NCBI GenBank assembly: GCA_042566265.1 | Contig: JBHOMX010000025.1 | Location: forward strand, 80,749-112,748 | Origin: Candidatus Brachytrichaceae bacterium NZ_4S206 | GTDB taxonomy: Bacteria > Chloroflexota > Anaerolineae > J036 > Brachytrichaceae | Length of the DNA stretch: 32,000 nucleotides | Direction: 5' to 3' | Part shown: piece by piece, positions 27,414-32,000 of the stretch | How the letters are laid out: each line of letters begins with the position of its first letter | Numbering within the stretch: the stretch's first letter is position 1 | Notes under the pieces: model-generated | What the model saw: only the letters and a program-made list of their open reading frames with translations | The model's database searches: none | What the model was told of the DNA's origin: nothing | Position numbers and translations under genes: made by a program

Positions 27414-27485
27414 CTGGGGCGGCTGGATTCGAACCAACGAATGGCGGATCCAAAGTCCGCTGCCTTACCACTTGGCGACGCCCCA
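27414..27485 (-). tRNA. tRNA-Gln (anticodon UUG), CCA not encoded
   Basis: The reverse complement is UGGGGCG UC GCC AAGUGGUAA GGC A GCGGA CUUUGGA UCCGC CAUUC GUUGG UUCGAAU CCAGC CGCCCCA G. This gives a 7-bp acceptor stem, a 5-bp anticodon stem, loop CU-UUG-GA and a T-arm with UUCGAAU. It is very similar to E. coli tRNA-Gln as I recall it. Confidence 0.9.
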
Positions 27486-27498
27486 ATCCGCAAACAGC

Positions 27499-27507
27499 AT
27501 TCTACCA
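27499..27507 (-). promoter_or_regulatory. Candidate extended -10 (TGgTAGAAT) promoter for tRNA-Gln
   Basis: The minus strand reads ...ACAAATGGTAGAATGCTGTTTGCGGATT followed by the tRNA 5' end. The -10 ends 13 nt before the mature 5' end. No convincing -35. Confidence 0.4.
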
Positions 27508-27644
27508 TTTGTAGCGCAGCCGATTGACCTCGGGTGCGTTTTTCTGTGGGGCAAGCGTATAGCGCAGCACCGGTGGAACCCAAGGTTCTCCGAGGACCAC
27601 AGGTTCTATCCTGGAAGCGCCACGCAAGCGCGTTTGGTGTTGAA

Positions 27645-28874
27645 CTATCCCGCTGCTGCCTGCTCGGTCGCGGGCGCGTCGAGGTGCTGCAGCACTACGC
27701 GCGCTAGCCGCGCAATCCCTTCCTCGATCGTCGCCTCGTCGGCCTGCGAGTAGCTCAGCCGCATATAGCGCCGGCCGTCGCCATCGGTGAAGAACGGCGC
27801 ACCCGGCAAGAAGCTCACCTTCTGTTCGACTGCGTCTTTGAGGATCGCCATCGAGTCTGTCGCTTCCGGCAGCGTGACCCAGATGAACATGCCGCCCTGG
27901 GGGCGCGTGAACGGGATGTCCGCCGGCAAATGGCGCTCTAGCGCCGCGATCATCGCACGGGCCTGCGATGCATAGCCGGCACGGATGCGCGCGATATGCT
28001 CGACGATCGGGTCGGAGATCAGGTAGCGATGCAGCACGCGCTGTGCGAAGTTGTTCGAGTGAAAGTCTGCGCCTTGCTTGGCGATGACAATTTTCGCCAT
28101 GATCTCCTTTGGCGCGATCAGCCAGCCCAAACGCAAGCCGGGTGCGACGATCTTGGAGAACGAGCCGAGCAGGACGCTCCGATCTTCCAGGTACGCGCGC
28201 ATCGGCGGTGCGCTTTCGCCGGCGAAGCCGAGTTCGCTGTATGGATCGTCCTCGACCAAGAGTACGTTGCGCCAGCGGATCACATCGGCGATGGCGCGTC
28301 GGTTGGCCTCGGTGTATGTGATGCCCGTTGGGTTCTGATAGTTGGGCGTGATGATGACGAACTTCGTGCGATCGGCGTGCGCATACAACACACGATCCAG
28401 CTCATCCACGTTCAAGCCTTCGTTGCCCAGCGTCACGCTGGCGAAGCCCGGTTGGTACATGGACAGTGCGTGGATCGCGCCCTGATAGCCCGGCCGCTCG
28501 TTGATCACCACGTCCCCGGGGTCGAGCAACACCTTGCCCAGCAAGTCGAGGCCCTGCTGCGAGCCGCTGGTGATGAGAATCTCCTCGACGGGGATGTCCA
28601 GGCCGAAGCGCTGCTTGTAGCGCGCGGCGATCCACTCGCGCAGGGGCGGGTAGCCCTCGCTTACGGCATATTGCAGCACGTTGGCGGCGTCCTCGCGCAG
28701 CACGGCCTCGGTCGCAGTGATCAGTGCTTCGGCAGGGAAGAACTTCGGGTTGGGCAAACCGCCGGCGAAAGAGATGAAGCCGGGGCCGCCAGCGTTTTTG
28801 AGCAATTCGCGCACCAGCGAAGGCCGCATGTTGCGCATACGTTCGGCGAACAAGGATTCAGTGTCGAGAGGCAT
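27645..28874 (-). CDS. PLP-dependent class I/II aminotransferase (2-aminoadipate/aromatic aminotransferase-like)
   Basis: ATG 28874 gives MPLDTESLFAERMRNMRPSLVRELLK..ISFAGGLPNP. PLP-lysine motif LGSFSKIVAPGLRLGW. The track ORF adds 102 Arg/Ser-rich codons that run into the divergent neighbour. Confidence 0.85.
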   Translation of the reverse strand: MPLDTESLFAERMRNMRPSLVRELLKNAGGPGFISFAGGLPNPKFFPAEALITATEAVLREDAANVLQYAVSEGYPPLREWIAARYKQRFGLDIPVEEILITSGSQQGLDLLGKVLLDPGDVVINERPGYQGAIHALSMYQPGFASVTLGNEGLNVDELDRVLYAHADRTKFVIITPNYQNPTGITYTEANRRAIADVIRWRNVLLVEDDPYSELGFAGESAPPMRAYLEDRSVLLGSFSKIVAPGLRLGWLIAPKEIMAKIVIAKQGADFHSNNFAQRVLHRYLISDPIVEHIARIRAGYASQARAMIAALERHLPADIPFTRPQGGMFIWVTLPEATDSMAILKDAVEQKVSFLPGAPFFTDGDGRRYMRLSYSQADEATIEEGIARLARVVLQHLDAPATEQAAAG

Positions 28875-28956
28875 GATGCGCGATGATACCGCTTGCGCGT
28901 TCATCCTCGCCCGGCTCGCCATGAACGTCGTGCGATGACCAGTATCATCGGCTCCC

Positions 28957-30492
28957 ATGGCCATCCTGATCGAACACGTAGACGTCCTCGATCCGACCGC
29001 GCCGCGCAGCACTGCGCGCGACCGATCCATCCTCATCGAAGGCAACCGCATCTCCGAAGTTGCACCATCGCGCGACCTCAATCTGACGGCGATCGCAGAC
29101 CGCAAATCGCAAATCGGCAATCTAGAGGTCATCAACGGCCGCAACCTGCTCGCCATCCCTGGCTTGATCAGTGCGCACACGCACTCGCCGGAGAACTACA
29201 TGCGCGGCGCGACGGAATGCATGCCGCTGGAGCCGTGGCTGGTCTGGCTGTACGGCACGTGCGGCGAATATACCGCGCGCGACCATTACCTGTGCGCTGC
29301 GATGAGCGCGATCGAGATGTTGCTGAGCGGCGTGACCGGCTCGCTCGATCATCTGTGGCACGGCGGCCCGTGGAAGCGCGAATACCTTGATGCCGCAATG
29401 GAGGCCTACCGCGACAGCGGCATCCGGGCGACTGTGGCGCCGATGTACGACGATCACGACTACGTGCTCGACGCCGCCGACGCGCTCGGCTATGACCTGC
29501 GCGGCAGCGTCTATGGCCTGTCGCACGGCGGCTACCGGCCCGACCGCGACGACTATCGCCGCGGCGTGCTTCGCGACAACCTCGCCATGTTCGACGACTG
29601 GATGCGCGACTGGCACCGCTCGCATGATGGCCGGCTGCAGACCTTCCTCGGGCCGGCCGCCGGCCAACTGGTGACCACCGAATGCCTGCAGTGGTCGCTG
29701 GAACTAGCGCGCAAGCATGGCGCCGGCGTGCACATGCACTGCGTCGAGACGCGCGTGCAAGACTACTGCATCCGGCGCGCGCGTGGCAAAACCGTCATCC
29801 ACTGGTTATATGACGAAGGCCTGCTCTCGCCGGAGGTGACGTTGCCCCACAGCGTTTGGGTCCGCAGTGCGGCCGATCTGGACCGGCTAGCCGAGCGGGG
29901 TGCGATCCCCGTACACAACCCGGCCGCTAACCTCAAGCTGGGCAGCGGCCTGATGGCGATGCGCGAGATGCTCGACCGCGGCATCACGGTGGCGCTGGGT
30001 GTGGATGGCGCGTGTAGCAGCGACAACCAGAATATGTTCGACGTGATCAAACTGGCCGCGCTGATCCACAACCTGAAGGATCACGATCCGAAGACATGGA
30101 TCACGGCGCGGGAAGCGTTCGAGGCCGGCACGGTCGGCGGGGCAGCGGCCATGTTGCTGGGTGGCCAAGTTGGGCAGTTGTCGAACGGTCAGTTGGCCGA
30201 CATTGCGCTGCTGGACATGCGCAGCGCGCTGCTCGCCCCGATGAACGACGCCTACGGCATGCTAGTGCATTGTGAGACTGGGGCCTCGGTGCGGCACGTC
30301 ATCGTCAACGGGCGAATCGTCGTGCGCGATCGCAAGCTGCTGACGATGGACGCCGACGCGCTGGTGGCCGAGTTCTTCGAGCGTGCCGACGCGCTGCCCT
30401 TCCGGCACCCGATCGACCCGAAGACGCAGAAGGACGTGGACGACTGCTGGGCGTTCTGGTGGAAGGTGATGGATTCGGTTACTTCAACGTGA
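28957..30492 (+). CDS. Amidohydrolase-superfamily protein (ATZ/TRZ chlorohydrolase / deaminase-like)
   Basis: ILIEGNRISEV...AIPGLISAHTHSPE (HxH metal ligands), GVHMHCVE and ALGVDGACSSDNQN fit the metal-dependent amidohydrolase pattern. Confidence 0.8.
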   Translation: MAILIEHVDVLDPTAPRSTARDRSILIEGNRISEVAPSRDLNLTAIADRKSQIGNLEVINGRNLLAIPGLISAHTHSPENYMRGATECMPLEPWLVWLYGTCGEYTARDHYLCAAMSAIEMLLSGVTGSLDHLWHGGPWKREYLDAAMEAYRDSGIRATVAPMYDDHDYVLDAADALGYDLRGSVYGLSHGGYRPDRDDYRRGVLRDNLAMFDDWMRDWHRSHDGRLQTFLGPAAGQLVTTECLQWSLELARKHGAGVHMHCVETRVQDYCIRRARGKTVIHWLYDEGLLSPEVTLPHSVWVRSAADLDRLAERGAIPVHNPAANLKLGSGLMAMREMLDRGITVALGVDGACSSDNQNMFDVIKLAALIHNLKDHDPKTWITAREAFEAGTVGGAAAMLLGGQVGQLSNGQLADIALLDMRSALLAPMNDAYGMLVHCETGASVRHVIVNGRIVVRDRKLLTMDADALVAEFFERADALPFRHPIDPKTQKDVDDCWAFWWKVMDSVTST

Positions 30493-31873
30493 TCGGCGCA
30501 TGAGCACGCGCCAGCAACCCGCCGAATTCCACGGCGCCGATGTCGCAGGCATCCGGCCGCAGCGCGTAACGTTGATCGAAGGGGCTACAGTTCGTCGCAG
30601 CGTTGATGAGCGGGCTGCCGGCCAGCGGCAGATGAAACGCAGTGAAGCTGATCTGACGCGGCCCGAGTTTCGGATCCAGGCCCAGCCCGCTCTGGTCGCC
30701 CAGCCCAGCCAACAGACAACTGTTGTCGTTGCTGAAGTTGTATCCGCCCGAGGTGACGGGCGTCCCGTCACCATCACAGTTGAGATAGCCAGGATTGTCC
30801 AGCACGCTATTGCGCAGCAACGTGGTTTCGCTGAAGCCGAAGTTGAACACGCCGTTGGTATTGTTCTTCAGCGTGACGTTCACCAGCTCCAGCGTGCCGT
30901 TGTTGAAGATGCCGCCGCCCTTGCTATCGCTCACGACATTGCCGCTGAACGTTGTGTTCACCACGCGCACCGGCGTGCCCACGCCAGAGACGTTGAGCGC
31001 GCCGCCCTGCGTCACCGCGGTGTTGTCGGTGAACGAGGCGTGCTGCACGGTCAGCGTCCCGCCGGAGCGACCAAGGCCGGCGCCCGACGTCGCCGTGTTC
31101 TTGTCGAAGGTGGTATGGGTCACCGTGATGACGCTGCTATCGTTGTTCATGTAGAAACCGCCACCGAACATCTGGGCCTTGTTGGTCGAGAAGACCGTGT
31201 TGACTACGTCGGCCCGCGCGCTGCCGCCCACGAATAACCCGCCGCCGTAGCGCGCTTCGTTTTGCGTGAAGACGCTGCCGGTCACCGTGATATTTCCCAG
31301 GCTGGCGATCGCACCGCCATAGCCCACGCCGAGCGGCGCTTTGTTCTTGCTGAACGTCCCCTGGCTGACGACGAGGACGCCGCCGGCGGCGTTATAGATC
31401 GCCCCGCCGTTGCCGGACGTGCTGTTGCTGTCGAAGGTCACGTTCGCCAAGATGACTTCGCCCTGGTTGTAGATCGAGCCGCCGTTGGCGAAGTTGCCGC
31501 GCGTCAGGGTGATCCGTCGCAGCGTCAGGCGCGCGCCGGGCTGCACCAGAAAGTGCTGGCGCAGGTTCTCGCCATCGAGCGTGATCAGTCCGTTGCCATC
31601 CACTTCGGTGACGGTATTGATGACGTAGGTGTTCGAGACGATCGTGACCGGTCCCGGCCCACAGTTGAAAGTCACCGAACCGCCGCCGGCCAGCGCTGCC
31701 TGCAACGCGCTGCCGGTGCAACTGGCCGGCGTGCCGTCGCCAACGACACCGCCATGAACTGCGCTGCCTTCGGCGCGCAGGACCGCCGCCGGAGGCAAGG
31801 CCAGAGCAACGATCATCGCTGCGCTCATTAGGCACAAGGACAACGACGCACGAAAGACCGGGGATCGGTTCAC
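30479..31873 (-). CDS. Secreted parallel beta-helix protein, choice-of-anchor-Q-like
   Basis: GTG 31873 is preceded by AAGGAGG (6-nt spacing). Signal peptide VNRSPVFRASLSLCLMSAAMIVALALPPAAVLRA. Many GG(A/G)(I/L)xN / FxxNxA repeat units. The C-terminal FDQRYALRPDACDIGAVEF resembles the choice-of-anchor Q end motif. Overlaps the convergent amidohydrolase gene by 14 nt. Confidence 0.75.
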   Translation of the reverse strand: MNRSPVFRASLSLCLMSAAMIVALALPPAAVLRAEGSAVHGGVVGDGTPASCTGSALQAALAGGGSVTFNCGPGPVTIVSNTYVINTVTEVDGNGLITLDGENLRQHFLVQPGARLTLRRITLTRGNFANGGSIYNQGEVILANVTFDSNSTSGNGGAIYNAAGGVLVVSQGTFSKNKAPLGVGYGGAIASLGNITVTGSVFTQNEARYGGGLFVGGSARADVVNTVFSTNKAQMFGGGFYMNNDSSVITVTHTTFDKNTATSGAGLGRSGGTLTVQHASFTDNTAVTQGGALNVSGVGTPVRVVNTTFSGNVVSDSKGGGIFNNGTLELVNVTLKNNTNGVFNFGFSETTLLRNSVLDNPGYLNCDGDGTPVTSGGYNFSNDNSCLLAGLGDQSGLGLDPKLGPRQISFTAFHLPLAGSPLINAATNCSPFDQRYALRPDACDIGAVEFGGLLARAHAPITLK

Positions 31874-32000
31874 GGTTGGACCTCCTTGTCTGGCGTCACA
31901 CAGCGATTGCAAATCGAGGCGAACTTTTCTCTCGGTTGTCTGTGGCTTGGGTCGCTGGGCAGAGTTGCACGGTCTGCTGTGTAACGCAACCTGCTTGACT

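Noticed and set aside
27392-27644. tRNA-Gln as an integration site for a mobile element
   Set aside because: There is no integrase, no duplicated tRNA 3' segment and no compositional break visible next to the tRNA. The flanking genes are ordinary metabolic genes.
28875-29180. 102-codon N-terminal extension of the aminotransferase ORF
   Set aside because: It is Arg/Ser-rich, crosses the divergent intergenic region and overlaps the amidohydrolase start. MPLDTESLF at ATG 28874 matches typical family N-termini.

Overview
High-GC bacterial chromosomal window, densely coding: about 30 protein genes and one tRNA, with no rRNA, CRISPR array, transposase or integrase. Most genes are housekeeping, metabolic or cell-surface. 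They include lon, murI, a cyclophilin PPIase, lpdA, an ABC importer operon (SBP, permease, permease, ATPase), LLM/F420-type and Gfo/Idh/MocA oxidoreductases, an aminotransferase, an amidohydrolase and a TgpA-like transglutaminase. Several secreted beta-rich proteins are present: an SH3b+repeat protein, choice-of-anchor D and Q proteins, and a TAP-like hydrolase that the ORF track misses because it runs off the left edge. Accessory content: (i) A visibly AT-richer ~3.6 kb island (about 15.2-18.85 kb, minus strand) consists only of orphan RHS C-terminal toxin modules and immunity-type genes. Both toxin modules are disrupted, the immunity genes are intact, and a third eroded RHS tail marks the island edge. 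(ii) A HepT/MntA (HEPN/MNT) toxin-antitoxin pair sits next to a Uma2-type nuclease gene. (iii) A GxxExxY gene is bracketed by inverted CCACGAAG-type repeats. (iv) A family of AATTGAGA-type palindromic elements is present, one inserted in frame in lon just before the Walker A motif and another in frame in an RNase H-like gene. Gene content suggests a Chloroflexota-like organism, but that is inference. All calls rest on my own reading of motifs and translations. No database search or numeric GC calculation was possible.
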